Positions 40,124-54,300 of a stretch of 64,000 nucleotides of DNA are shown piece after piece. The notes under the pieces are model-generated. The model ran no database searches and had not been told where the DNA came from. It saw only the letters and a list, made by a program, of their open reading frames with translations. Position 1 is the stretch's first letter. The number at the start of each line of letters is the position of its first letter. This stretch comes from Lama guanicoe (Eukaryota): the NCBI GenBank assembly GCA_013239625.1, contig MU053859.1:62001-126000 (forward strand), written 5' to 3'. The position numbers and the translations under genes were made by a program.

Positions 40124-42769
40124 CTATAAACCAGATGTTGTCTTATCACTCTCTGTCTCATAGTGCCAAGTTTTATTTATTTTTCACTAAACATCTCTCA
40201 AATCTGTCCTCTTCTCTCCATCACCACTTTCATGATCTTAATACAAGAGTACTAAAACATTAAATAACCATAATAACAAGATCTTCTTTTTCCACTCTTA
40301 ATCCATTTCAATCATCCGCCCTCATGAATCCTGAGTGATATATTAAAAATATAGACTGACAATTCAACCTTCCTATTTAAAAATACCTCAGTGTTTTCTT
40401 TATAATGATACCGAACTCCATAACGTGGTTTAGAAATCCCTATGAGTCTAACCCTCCCTTACTTATTCAGTCCCTTCCTACACCAAACTTACCCAAACTT
40501 TCGGGACCGCAACAAATTCATTTTTGGAACTCATAGCATTATTTCACCACATAGCCTTAGCAGAAGGTGTTCCCTAGACCTGAAATTCTCTTTCCTCTCT
40601 TCTTTATCAAGTTACTTCCCAAGCATTCTCTATATTTCTGCCGTAAATATAGAGCTTTCTCAGGTGGCTGCAGGAGACAGAAGATGCAGTCTCCAGCCAG
40701 AAGCAGAACAGGAACAGGAGGACCTGGCCGTCTGAGCAGGGTTCGCATTTCCCCACGCGCCTGACTTCACCAGACCCCTTCTACCCTCTCCTCGCCCTAA
40801 GGCTCTCTTCACATTGCTTCCGTACGGTTTCTCCTACTCAATGTCAACCCGCGCTGTACTGGGGGTCTGGAACCTCATACATCATGTGAGGAAGAAGGAT
40901 ACAGGGAAGAAAGAAAGTAAACTCATCACTTTTGCAGAAGAGAAAGCCAGTCCTGTGCCATCCCCGTTTTTTTTATGGTAAGCTCCCCAAGCTTGGAAAC
41001 CAAGAGACTCTATTACAAGCGTTCAAGATCAGAAGCATCTTATGTGGAGCTAAGTAGAATTAGTCTTTGGGAAAGATTCTTGAGAGATTAGTCTTTGGAA
41101 TCTTATTCTGGAGCCCTAAACCATACTTACCCAGATGGTCTGAGAGGTTCTATCCATATGACGCCTGCCCTGTGCCATCTATCCTGTGAGAAGAATGATA
41201 TCTTATTATTTTCTGAGAGTTTCCATCTTGGTTGCCTCTCTGTGTTTGCATAATTGGTGTAGAAAAATGGGAAGGCTACAGGACCAAAACAGAATTAATT
41301 CCTGCTAGGCAATGAGCCTAGACTTCCCTTACCTAGTTGACGTCTTTCACGAGTATTAGCATAAATTGATACCGTAAGAGTAACAGAGAAAGAAAGAAAT
41401 GCACATCACACTCTACAAATTAAAAATCACCCCTGAGTAATTGTCCCCCAAAAATCTCTTTTGGACTCTGTCCTTGATGATCCCAACTCTCTTGTCTCCA
41501 TCCATGCAGTTTCCTCTTTTCTGGTCCCCCCCACCTCAGGTCCCCATCCTGCTCCTCACATTTTTTATTCTTCTCATTCATCCTAAAGAGAAATTCACCT
41601 CTGCCAAGTCCCCACCTCAGTCTGACCCCACAAATCCACCACGTTTTGGAGAGTATGTGGGAAGCCTCGCTAACATAACCCAATTTCGTACAAGAGAGTC
41701 ATTATTATATAAAACAATGTATTTTGGTGACTTCCACTAAGAAGGGTTCTTTCATTTTTCTCATGCACTTTCTATTTTTTTTTAACAAAAACTCCCTTTT
41801 ACTTCTCAGTACTCATTTTCTAGAAAGCAATTGCTAAGAGATTTACACTCAAATATACAATTATTTTGGAAGTAAGTGGACAAACACTACAAATAAAACA
41901 AGATTGTCAGGGTATATTTCAAAACAAGGAAAACAAAGACTAAGAAAGCTGAAATGTCATTGATCAGCTGACCTCCTTATCTGACCTACTCTGACTAGTG
42001 TAATACGGTGATGTTGTGAGTCTCCTGAAATTAATGTCGGTCCACAGCCAGAGCCCAGGAACCTCCCCAAAGTCTGATTCTTTTTCTTTTCCCAATGCAT
42101 AGTCACTCAGGTAAATGGTCATAGATTTCTTTGGGAAAAGGTGGGGAAAAGATTAACCATAAAAAGCTGATCACTTTAGCAGGGTCCTTACTCCACCTTT
42201 CATTAAAGACGTTGTGGCTCTGTAAACTGGCTCCTGGCTAGGAATTGACTGATGAGACAAAGTTTTGGTGACTCAAGTTAGATTTCTGTTCACTCACCCT
42301 TGAACTCTCGTACGTAAGGGAGGTCATGAAAGATTCTTCAGGCAAAACAAAGTTAACCTCCTCACACAGGGGGAGAGGGCTACTTCTAATGGCAGAAAGG
42401 ACTCAATAGAATTTAGAATTCCATAACCCTGGTTTGATTGGAATCTTCCCATATGTCCCCATTCTAGTTTTCAAGATCTCAGAAGACGTCTGCAATATTG
42501 GGAAGCAGGAACCACCTTCTCTCCAGCTGCTCAACAGGGCAGCTAACCAGGGTTTCAGGAAATTTCACTCCCTGGAAAATTCCAGATATTTCTAGGGACT
42601 TGCCTGGCTTGTCCCTGCCGTAAGTTGTGTCTGATAACAGCGAGCAGTTCAGATTCTCTCCAGCAGATGGAGCCATTAAACAAAGACATTCTTAGGCATC
42701 ATTTGAAAACTTTTTCCATTTCTCTGTGATTTTCTAAGACGTTGAGAGCAGACACAAATGTTAATGACT

Positions 42770-44095
42770 GAAAAATTAGACGAGGAAAAGAAATAAAAGG
42801 CATCCAACTTGGACAAAGAAGAAGTAAAATTCTCTTTATTGTTAGATGATATGGTATGTACAGAAAACCCTGAAGACTCCACCAAAAGACTGTGAAGACT
42901 GATAAATGAATTCAGTAAAGTGGCAGGATACAAAATCAATATACCGAAATCTGTTGCATTTTTATACACTAATAATAACCTATTAGAAAGAGAAGTTAAG
43001 AAAACAGTTGCATTTACAGTTGCATCATAAAGAATAAAATACCTAGGAATAAATTTAACCAAGGAGCTGAAAAACCTGTACACTGAAAATTACAAGACAT
43101 CGATGAAAGAAATGAAAAAACACAAATAAATGGAAAGATAATCGAGGCTCATGGATTGGAAGAATGAGTATCGCTAACACCTCACACCTGTTAGAAAGGC
43201 TATTATCAAAAAGATAAGAAGTAAGAAGTGTAGGAAAGGATGTGGAGAAAAACCACCCCGTGTGCATTAGTGATGGGAATGTAAATTATTGCAGCCATTA
43301 TGGAAAACAGGAGAGAAGTTCCTCAAAAAGTTAAAAATAGAGCTACGATATGATACAGCAATTCCACTCCTGGGTATTTATCCAAGAAAATGAAAACACT
43401 AACCTCAAAAGATAGGATATATGCACCCCCATATTCACTGCAGTATTATTTACAATAGCCAAGATATGGAAGCAACCTAAGTGTCCATTGATGGATGAAC
43501 AGATAAAGAAAATGTGAGATATATATATATGGATATATATATATATATCTATATATATAGTAGTAGAATATAATTCAGCCATAAAAAAGAATGAAATTTT
43601 GTTATTTGCCACAACATGCATGGACCTTGAGAGCATTATGCTACATAAAATAAATCAGACAAATAAAGTCAAATATGATCTCACTTATATGTGGAAAATT
43701 AAAAATTAACAAACAAACTCCTGGATACAGAGATCACATTGATGGTTACCAACCAGAAGCCAGGGAACAGGTGGTGGAAGGTGGGCAAAATGAGTAAACA
43801 AAATCAGAGGTACAAGCTTCCAGTTATAAAATAAATAAATCTGGTGGATGTAATGTACAGCATAGCAACTACAGGTAAAAACACTATATTGTATATTTGA
43901 AAGTTGCTAAGAGAGGAGATCTTAACATTTCTCATCACAAGACAAAATATTTTGTAACCGTGTGATGACAGATGTTAACTACACATACTGTGGTGATTAT
44001 TTCACAGAATATACAAATGACAAATCTTTATGTTGGTACACTTAAAATTAATATAATGGTGTATGTCAGTACACCTCAATTTAAAACAAAGAAAA
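42770..44095 (+). mobile_element. L1 ORF2/3' UTR with an internal deletion near 43175
   Basis: gaaataaaaggcatccaa...gaattcagtaaagtggcaggatacaaaatcaat, jump to cacctcacacctgttaga, then typical 3' UTR. Confidence 0.88.
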
Positions 44096-45170
44096 GAAAA
44101 TTAAACAATCAGTAACTGACTTACCCACTATAGCTTACTGATGAGGAAGGAAAAAGAAAAATAAATGCAATTAATAGATACCATACAAGAAGCTTAGGGA
44201 GTAAGAGAGATTTAACTTAAGAAAACTCTGATATCGGGAGAAGCAAACCGATGTGGAGACTAGAGGGTGATAGCATGAGCCAAGTTGTTTTCAGAGCTAG
44301 GTGACGCATTGTGGTCTCTGGGAATTCCCAAAAATTACAGGAGGGAAATATCTGTGGACGTTTTCGAGACTGGAGGCGGGAGGGGGACAGAGAGGAGGTT
44401 TCCAGGTCCCCGCAACCCCACTGTCTACTAGTCTTGGTGAAACAAAACCTGTATCAAGAAACTGTGAAAACTGGAATATCTGAGGATTCACAGTGAAGCC
44501 CAGACGGTGCAGCGGAGGAACAAGTGTTTCAACATGAGTTTCTGTTCTCCTGTCCTTTACTGCACAATGTTTCATAGACCCAGTCCATGTCGCTGTACGT
44601 GCTATATTGTATTTACAATGTTAGTGTCTGCCATCGTGGAGGCATATTACATTAATCTGAGTGACGATCAACACTTTACATCCCCATTTGTTTATTTTTG
44701 GACATATTGTTTGTTACTAATCTTTTGTACCATAAACAGAGCTGAAATTAAAACAAAAAATGAGTTTATTAATTATCAGTTTCATGTTTCCTAATATAAA
44801 TGAAAAGAGATTTGAAGAAAAAAACTGATTTGACTTTATAGACTGACTCCTGAGTCTGTCAGATAAAAAAAAGGTCTTAAAATTACCATTAGAATAGGAT
44901 CTGCTAAATCAAATTTTATTAATCTAATCTCAAGTACTGTATTTACCGAATGTATGTTTGTTGAATGGGTAGAGGAATAAAATAAAAGTATGGAAGGGAT
45001 CTGGCTTTTACAGAACCCCATGGGTGATAACTGCTCAGTAGCAATGTGATTTTTTTTGTTAGAAAACTATTGAGTAAACATATATGAAATATCTAGTGGA
45101 AAAAATTTAAAATTAACAAAATTTGCAGCTCTGAAGAAATTTTCATTTAGCTGGATTACTAGTAAATTCT

Positions 45171-47460
45171 TTTTCTTTTTTTTCTGTTTTTTTAAATTAA
45201 AAAAATTTTTTTAAACTTTTGTTATTGAGCTATAGTCATTTTACAATGTTGTGCCACATTCCAGTGTAGAGCACAATTTTCAATTATACATGAACATATA
45301 TATATTCATTGTCACCTTTTTTTCTCTGTGAGCTACCGTAAGATCTTGTATATATTTCCCTGTGCTATACAGTATAATCTTGTTTATCTATTCTACATTT
45401 TGAAATTCCAGTCTATCCCTTCCCAACCCCTGCCCCCTTGGCAACCACAAGTTTGTATGCTATGTCTATGAGTCTGTTTCTGTTTTGTATTTATGCTTTG
45501 TTTGTTTGTTTGTTTGTTTTTAGATTCCNNNNNNNNNNNNNNNNNNNNNNNNNNNNNNNNNNNNNNNNNNNNNNNNNNNNNNNNNNNNNNNNNNNNNNNN
45601 NNNNNNNNNNNNNNNNNNNNNNNNNNNNNNNNNNNNNNNNNNNNNNNNNNNNNNNNNNNNNNNNNNNNNNNNNNNNNNNNNNNNNNNNNNNNNNNNNNNN
45701 NNNNNNNNNNNNNNNNNNNNNNNNNNNNNNNNNNNNNNNNNNNNNNNNNNNNNNNNNNNNNNNNNNNNNNNNNNNNNNNNNNNNNNNNNNNNNNNNNNNN
45801 NNNNNNNNNNNNNNNNNNNNNNNNNNNNNNNNNNNNNNNNNNNNNNNNNNNNNNNNNNNNNNNNNNNNNNNNNNNNNNNNNNNNNNNNNNNNNNNNNNNN
45901 NNNNNNNNNNNNNNNNNNNNNNNNNNNNNNNNNNNNNNNNNNNNNNNNNNNNNNNNNNNNNNNNNNNNNNNNNNNNNNNNNNNNNNNNNNNNNNNNNNNN
46001 NNNNNNNNNNNNNNNNNNNNNNNNNNNNNNNNNNNNNNNNNNNNNNNNNNNNNNNNNNNNNNNNNNNNNNNNNNNNNNNNNNNNNNNNNNNNNNNNNNNN
46101 NNNNNNNNNNNNNNNNNNNNNNNNNNNNNNNNNNNNNNNNNNNNNNNNNNNNNNNNNNNNNNNNNNNNNNNNNNNNNNNNNNNNNNNNNNNNNNNNNNNN
46201 NNNNNNNNNNNNNNNNNNGTAATTGGATAGGGATTGCATTAAATCTGTAGATTGCCTTGGGCAGTGTGACCATTTTAACAATATTGATTCTTCCAATCCA
46301 AGAGCATGGGATATCTTTCCATTTTTTTAAAGTCTTCCTTAATTTCCTTCATCAATGGTTTATAATTTTCTGTGTATAATTCTTTCACCTCCTTGGTTAG
46401 ATTTATTCCTAGGTATTTTGTTACTTTGGGTACTATTTTAAAGGGGTTGTTTCTTTACTTTCTTTTCCTGTTGATTCATTGTTAGTGTAAAGAAATGCAA
46501 CTGATTTTTGTATGTTAATCTTGTAACCTGCTACCTTGCTGAATTCTTCGATTATTTCTAGTAGTTTTTGTGTGGACCTTTCAGGGTTTTCTATATATAG
46601 TAACATGTCATCGACATATAGTGACACTTTTACCTCTTCTTTACCCTTTTATTTCTCTCTCTTGCCTGATTGCTGTGGCTAGGACTTCCAAGCCTATGTT
46701 GAATAGGAGTGGTGATAGTTGGCATCCTTGTCTTGTCCCAGATTTTAGTGGGAAGCTTTTGAGTTTTTCACCGTTGAGAACTATGCTGGCTGTAGGTTTG
46801 TCATATATAGCTTTTATGATGTTGAGATATGTTCCCTCTATACCCACTTTGGTGAGAATTTTTATCATAAATGGGTGTTGAATTTTATCAAATGCTTTTT
46901 CTGCATCTATTGAGATGATCATGTGGTTTTTGTCCTTTCTCTTGTTGATGTGGTGTATTAAATTGATTGATTTGCATATGTTGAACCACCTTGTGTCCCT
47001 GGGATGAACCCTACTTGATCATGATGTATAATCTTTTTAATGTGCTGTTGGATTCTACTTGCTAATATTTTGGTAAGGATTTTGGTGTCTATGTTCATCA
47101 GTGATATTGGTCTGTAATTCCCCTTTTTGGTGGTGTCTTTGCCTGATTTTAGTATCAGAGTGATGGTGGCTTCATAGAATGAGTTTGGGAGTATTCCCTC
47201 CTTTTCAATCTTCTGGAAGAGTTTGAGAAGGACTGATATGAGTTCTTCTTTGTATGTTTGGTAGAATTCCCGTGAAGCCATCCAGTCCTGGACTTTCATT
47301 TGTAGGGAGGTTTTTTTCATTGCTAATTCAATTTCATTTTCTAGTGATCAGTTTGTTCAATTGGTCAGTTTCTTCTTGATTCAGTCTTGGTGGACTGTAA
47401 GTTTCCAGAAACTTGTCCATCTCCTCTAGGTTATCCATTTTGGTTCCATACAGTTTTTTT
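45171..47460 (-). mobile_element. Young 5'-truncated L1 (ORF2 RT region and 3' UTR), spanning the assembly gap
   Basis: Frameshifted ORF2 peptides ([43 protein letters not shown]); T-rich tail at left; probable TSD gtaaattct at 45162-45170 and 47461-47469. Confidence 0.95.
45529..46218. other. Assembly gap (690 N)
   Basis: Run of n. Confidence 1.
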
Positions 47461-48194
47461 GTAAATTCTCTTTTTTTGAATTTGGTACACATCAGAAGCA
47501 TTTGGTGATTATCAGTTGTACATAATCATTTAGACAGCCACACACATCAGTCCCTTAGTGAGTTTGATGCCAGTTTACAATAGTTTCAAAATTCAAACTA
47601 CAGATTTACTGAAGTTTGAGAGAGGTGATTCTGGGCTCTCAAGTTACGGAAGAGCGAAGAAAGTAAGGAACTCTCAGGAAGACACGGAACTCATTTGTCA
47701 CTAGTTAGATCATCATTTCTTCATCTCCACAACGCTCCTAATTCCTTGTACAGCCCAATCAAATTGTTGAATAAGCTAGTCTGACATGACGTTTCTCAGT
47801 TTCCGTCAGCCAGAGATGAATCACACCACTTGACTCTAAACGCGAAAGTGAAATACAAAAGTGACACTCAAAATTTTTGAGAATTAGGATGTTACAACAA
47901 GAAAAGTGGAAAGAGAATCAGGACTGCATCAGAGCTACGCCCACTGCCTGAAGGAAAAAGCTCAGGGCACTGTAGGATCAGCATGGCTACTAGAACTGAA
48001 TACTTTTATGAAAAAGAATTGGCCTCAGAGATACAAATTAGAAGCTCATTTCAGCAGGATGCTTGGAAAAGTTGAAGTGAATAGTACTATGACTATAAGT
48101 TGAACAAATAGAAGACAATAGCACAAAATTATCCTGTATTTGCTTTAGACAACTCACTCTCTCAGGTCCCAAACTCAAATACTTTAAAATTACC

Positions 48195-48420
48195 ACTTAA
48201 ATGGCACTTACCGTTTGTTTAGCATAGTTATAAGAGCTTTAAAAGTATTAAATATTTGAACCTCATCAAAAAACTACCAAGGGGGATTCCATTTTTATTC
48301 TCATTTTAAAGATGAAAACATTCTGAAGAATTTGAGTAAATTTTACAAGATCTCACATCTAGTAAGCAGCAGAGCTGAAATTTAAACTCAGATAATCTGG
48401 TTTGAGTCCATCCTTAGCAT
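48195..48420 (-). mobile_element. MIR SINE
   Basis: ctcattttaaagatgaaaac...tcacatctagtaagcagcagagctgaaatttaaactcag. Confidence 0.6.
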
Positions 48421-48911
48421 TTGAGTCCATCCTTATCTATTGAGTTATATTGTAACCCAAGGGTCAGATGGCAACGTTTGTTAAGTGAAAATAAGAGTTT
48501 GGGGGACAATGATGAAATTGGGCAGACATTCAAAATCAATATTGCTGTTGTCTACTTAAACCTACGGGGTAATAAAAATCCCATAACTGTGAACCAAATA
48601 CCCTGACCGTCCTTGGTGTGCAGTCTGCCTTGGACCAGCATTGTACCATGTGCACCACACACACGTCTTAACCCACAAACTTTAACAACACGAGTCACTA
48701 ACAATTTTTTTAGTTTTAGAGGAAACACCTGCATTTTGATGATAGTGTGACAATTAAATAAAAGTTTGTCTGTGGTCTAACATATCTCAATACAGAAAAT
48801 TCCATGTAAGAAGCACACTTTTGAATACTAGAAAAATTAATTTCACAGCCCCTAAGGAATGGATATATTTGGTGTTTTCAATAGTGAGGACTATGTAAAT
48901 AATCACGCTTT

Positions 48912-49162
48912 GGGGAGCAGGGTGGGAAGGGACAGACTGGGAGTTCAAAATTGGTAGATACTGACAGGCATATGTAGAATAGATAAACAGGATTATACTG
49001 TATAGCACAGGGAAATATATACAAGATCTGGTGGTAGCTCACAGTGAAAAAAATGTGACAGTGAATGTATGTATGTTCACGTATAACTGAAAAATTGTGC
49101 TCTACACTGGAATGTGACACACATTGTAAAATGACTATAACTCAATAAAAAAATTTAAAAAT
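48912..49162 (+). mobile_element. L1 3' UTR fragment with 14-bp TSD
   Basis: TSD aataatcacgcttt at 48898-48911 and 49163-49176; gactataactcaataaa plus A tail. Confidence 0.9.
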
Positions 49163-50734
49163 AATAATCACGCTTTTCTCTCAGTACTGGCTACCTGAAA
49201 GCTCAAAGTTTATTCAATATTTAATAATCACAAGTTAGCTAAATATAAAAATAAATATATAAATAATAGCAAGTTTGCTTAACTTTACAGCTTCGAATTC
49301 GTTGATCCTGATAATGAATATTTCTCCAAGAGTATATATTTTTGCAAATCAACTCAAACACTTTTAAAATAAATTTTGGTAGATATAAATGTGGGTTTTA
49401 GTTCATTTTATTTCATGTTTTTAAAGCACACCTAGGACCTACGCCAGTGTTCATACGTTAAACATCAGGCAAGATACTTAAGAAAGACTTAGTTTAGGAT
49501 GCCTACTTATGAAACAATTTTTGTGTTGAGGAGATGAAAAACTCTAATTGGTCAGTTCAGTTTATGTGCATATCCCTTAGTCAATGTGGCAGGAAGGGGA
49601 CCCAAGATATGACAGTCCCAGGGGGTCCAGATTAGGTTCGGGAGAGAATTTTTCCCAGAGGAAAATTAAAATTCTGGAAGCTATTTCCAGAATAGCTGTG
49701 AAAAATGCCTGTGAAAAAACAAGAAAGAAAAATAGATACAGAGAGACGTGAGAGAAATGGCTTCGAATACCGTGCATGAAAAATTACTGTGTAGCAAAGA
49801 GTAACAATTCCTCTTTCTCATCCACAGTGACAGGAACAGCTGAAAGCAGGATGTGGGATTTGGAGGAAAGTTCCTAATGTGAAAGAAACGTGCTAAATGT
49901 ATTTTTCAAAAACTTGGACAAAATTTTTAAGGCTTTGGGTTACATACCACACTTTTGACCTCAAATTTACTTCCTGTTCCGGAGAAAAGGAAGATGAAAA
50001 GAAAGCACAGATGCAAGAATCTTCTACTCTTACAAGAGGTGCATCATCATCTGGATCATTTTCAATTTCTAACATTATTTAGCACATCCCCTCAATATAA
50101 ACCTACACCTTAGCTAGGCACTCATTTTCCGTTAATTAAAAAAGACATTATTATTTTTGTTGTTGTTGTTATTGTTATTTTAATTAATCCACAAGGAAGA
50201 GGTTGTGGTCTTTGTCCAGGTCTGGGTTAGAAGAGCAATTGTTCCAGAGAAGGTAAGAAATTGTGCTCCATGAGTAGGTGGCAGAAGCACCTGCTCGCTC
50301 CAGGAAAAATAGAAGCCAGGTAGCAAAGGAAAACTGCAACCCTAAATGAAGGACCCAATTTGGTGGAAAGTTAATCGTATCCTGTGTCTCCAAAATGCAT
50401 ATTAGTGCCTGAATTTGGCAGCTCTAAGATATTGGTAGAAAAAGCTTCTGGAAAAGAAAAAGACCTTCACCTATCATAGCATTAGCCTAGAGTCAGGATA
50501 TGAAGAAGCTCCAGGTGATGAAAACAGCAAGAAGGACAAAAGAGCTGGTTACTTTCTTGTGCAGAATCCGAATATCCAGACCTTCCTCGCCATCAGTGTA
50601 AATTGCCTGGTGGGATGAGGGCAGCTGGCACAGACTCCCTTGTACAGACAGCACCCTCCCTGTCTTTCAGTGATGCAGGATTCATATGTTCCGTCTGTCC
50701 ATCTTCAATTATAGAAACAGAAGACTGGATTCTT

Positions 50735-51334
50735 TTTTTTTAACATTTTTTATTGATTTATAATCATTTTATAATGTTGTGTCAAATTCCAGTGTTCAGC
50801 ACAATTTTTCAGTCATTCATGGACATATACACCCTCATTGTCACATTTTTTTCTCTGTGATTTATCATAACATTTTGCGTATATTTCCCTGTGCTATACA
50901 GTGTAATCTTGTTTATCTATTCTACAATTTTGAAATTCCAGTCTATCCCTTCCCCCCCTCTCCCCCGCTGGTAACCACAAGTCTGTATTCTCTGTCCATG
51001 AGTCTATTTCTGTCCTGCATTTATGCTTTGTTTTTGTTTGTTTGTTTGTTTTTGTTTTTTAGATTCCACATATGAGCGATCTCATGTGGTATTTTTCTTT
51101 CTCTTTCTGTCTTACTTCACTTAGAATGACGTTCTCCAGGAGCATCCATGTTGCTGCAAATGGCATTATGTTGTCAGTTTTTATAGCTGAGTAGTATTCC
51201 ATTGTATAAATATACCACATCTTCTTTATCCAGTCACCTGTTGATGGACATTTAGGCTGTTTCCATGTTTTGGCTATTGTAAATAGTGCTGCTATGAACA
51301 TTGGGGTGCAGGTGTCATCCTGAAGTAGATTTCC
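50735..51334 (-). mobile_element. Young 5'-truncated L1 3' end with perfect 17-bp TSD
   Basis: TSD cagaagactggattctt at 50718-50734 and 51335-51351; ORF2 C-terminal peptide CTPMFIAALFTIAKTWKQPKCP. Confidence 0.95.
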
Positions 51335-54300
51335 CAGAAGACTGGATTCTTGATTCTCCAAAAGTCCTTGCTGTGAAGTAAGGAATGCTCAGCATCCACA
51401 CTAACCAAACCCCCCATTACATTTCATAATGATAAAATAAACACGGTAAAAATCAAAATTAAACTAAGCTTCGTCTGCTTTCAAATATGTCAAGCAATCT
51501 AGTGCCACTTAATGAATTAGTAAATAGCCCTACGCATGAAGTATCTGAGTGAATGCTGAGTAAAGGAAAGGAAAGTAATTAGTATTCATGACGATAAATG
51601 TGGGGCTAAACTAAAAAGATAAATTACTTTATTTCTATGTATGAGATTTAAAATGCAGCGCAGTAGATAACACCGTAACAAAATTGCATGTGAGGCATTT
51701 ACATATATGTCAATTCTTACATGGAAACGTTGTTCAGAAAAATTCTTAAGCACAAAATACTTAATTCTAGCTAAATAAGTAAAGAAATAAGTATATTTTG
51801 TTATAGAAACAAAATTACAAGTCATTCTATCAAAATGAAAATATATTTATTATACTGCAAAATAGTTTATTGAATTACGTGAGTGAGGATTAAACTTTCA
51901 CTCTGTGCAGTTGCTTTGAAAAAATCCACACCCACAAATACAAGTGTAAGGATAAGTGTGTGCTCGTCTTAGCAATTTGCTCAGTTCATTTATAGGTAAA
52001 AACTGAACTGGTACAAAACAGGTTGAATTGAATGGTATTGAGTGGAGGGTAGCTTTAGTCTGGGACCCAGGTTTCACATGGGAAAAGAAGTCACATCGCC
52101 TACTAAAGCAGTAAAAATAAGAAGAAAGGGTACAAAGAATAAGTCTTTGCAACATATTAGGGAAAGAATTAAAAAAAATTTTTCAAAAAGAATTTTCTTT
52201 AAAAACTAAAATACTTTTTGAATGAAAAAATTATAAAATAGCATGAATAATATAACACTACCATGTAAAAATTTTATCTTTACTTCACATATATTCTTAT
52301 TCCACTCACTATTTGTATATAGTTTCTTCCATATCCAAAGCATCTTTTGATGTATACATACTGACAATTTCCAATCTTTAGCTTAAATATCACTTCCTTA
52401 AAATCTAGGAGCTTGTTTACAAATGCCTACTAGACAGTAGGACAGAAAAAGGAACTAATATTATTCAGCTAAATGAGTTCCTTTCGTATTTCTCTTTCTG
52501 CAGGAAACAGAAACTGCTGGTATCGGTGGAAAATATTTTCCACCAGTACACTGGGATCTAAACATTGCTAACGTTATCGCAGCCTGACCTCACTCCCGCT
52601 GCGTCTGTGCATAGAGCTCCCTACACAGGACTGGAGTTGAGTGCCTCCTACTGGGCTTGGCCCACCTGCCTGTCAGCCTTCTCAGTTCCAAGAGCAGTTG
52701 GGAGGATGGGAGAGGCATCTAGACTGAGAGAAGGGCTTCCCGTCATCTGGACTCCTGTGCTGAAGAGCTGTCTAAGCAAAGGAAAGGGACCCCGTCACTG
52801 CACATCCAAAATAATGACAAATAAATATCCACCACACTATTTCCCTGGTCATCCAGACCAGATGCCTGGAAGTTATCCTACAGTTATCTGTGTCCCAGTG
52901 TAAATGTTTGACAGGATGTGTCTCAAGGGGAACCAAAAAAAAAAAAAAAGTGAAGAAGAGGGCTTTGGTGTGATATTAAACAGGGTAAACAGAAATTTTA
53001 AAAGAAAGGCATAAAGGAACAGCTGATGAGATAAATCCAGGTCCTAAGGCTACCAACAACTGAGAGAGCTCTCTTTTGTGAATGAAGCCCTCTGAGGGTC
53101 TGGTGAACGGGATGACATAGAAAAATTTAAAAATCACACACACACACATACACACACAGATTTTTGTATATGGTTCATGAATCCTTTGAAATTCAAGAAT
53201 TTATTTGGTAATGTATTCCTTTTAAAAAAAAAGGAATCATAGTACCTCCTTCAGGATTATGTTGTTTGGTCTCAAGAAACGTTCTGGTCTTGACTAGAGT
53301 TTCTCTATTCAATACTGAGGGATTGAATTTCCATGGAGAATTAAGAAATTAATCTCAGGAATTAGATGTATTAAAATAATTTGCATTGGCTCTGTCATCC
53401 CCCATGAAAAAGAAGAAATCTCAAATAGCAATGATGGGGCATAGGGAGCAGAAACCATTGTTTATCCTGAAAATACGAAAAGTGATGCAGTTGAAGTGGC
53501 AAAACTACCCCGACCAACATTTTGTGACATGTTCCTCATTTACAGTAACTGGCGCTCTCTGCAGTTAACATTAAGAGGAAGGTAGACGTTGTCAGCAATG
53601 GACAAGAACTTGAGGAACACTGGTCTGTCCTGTCCAAATGTACCAAAATTCTTTACACTGGAAGATTTTGCATATTGATTATTTCAAACAATATTGACTT
53701 AGTAAAAGAAAGGGGACTAGTCATATAAAATCATAACTAATAATAAATGTCTGAGGCGTTCCAAATAAATTCTATCAACACTCTGAGAAGGGGTCAGTAT
53801 TTTAAAGGCAGATTCGAATGTGAATAAATTAAAGGGAAGAGAATGACGTCCCCAGTGGGATGGAAGAAATTTAAGGTTTATACTGTCGCTCCTATGGACC
53901 CCCCACTTCTCACCCACGCCCTGAGCTTTTCTCATTAGGTAATTATGTGTTTGTTTGTTTTTCATAGACATCAATCCATGGTTAGTTTTTTTTTTTTCGG
54001 ACTCTGAGGTCCTTGGCTACTAGTTATGGCCTCAACTCCTCTCATTTGCTCATATGGCTGTAAATACGAATCATTTTTCATTGTTGCTCCAGGCTAGGTC
54101 CTCCAGAGGACACGGAGCCCTGACAATGAAACAAGAGCTGACATGGTTACTTATCTTGCTTTTGTAGGGTCCACGCTCTGAAACTTCTCTGGTAAGTGTT
54201 CAACACCTGTAAAGGTATCACTGATCCGGAAGTAGTTTTAAAAGCATTGGAAAAAACTGCAGAAAGAATTTCTTTGAGTATATGAGCCCCCAAGGCAAGG

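Noticed and set aside
45438..46296. Long ORFs of 245-270 aa in the ORF track
   Set aside because: Artefacts of the N gap inside an L1
46433..47320. Reverse-transcriptase-like ORFs
   Set aside because: Frameshifted ORF2 of a 5'-truncated L1, not a novel RT system
49893..50075. QVFEK resemblance to the human CLECL1 N-terminus
   Set aside because: Only five residues, on the strand opposite to that expected, with no flanking similarity
54090..54196. Possible micro-exon (tttgtag...ctg|gtaagt) upstream of the paralog
   Set aside because: No coding similarity or promoter context; such splice-like motifs occur by chance
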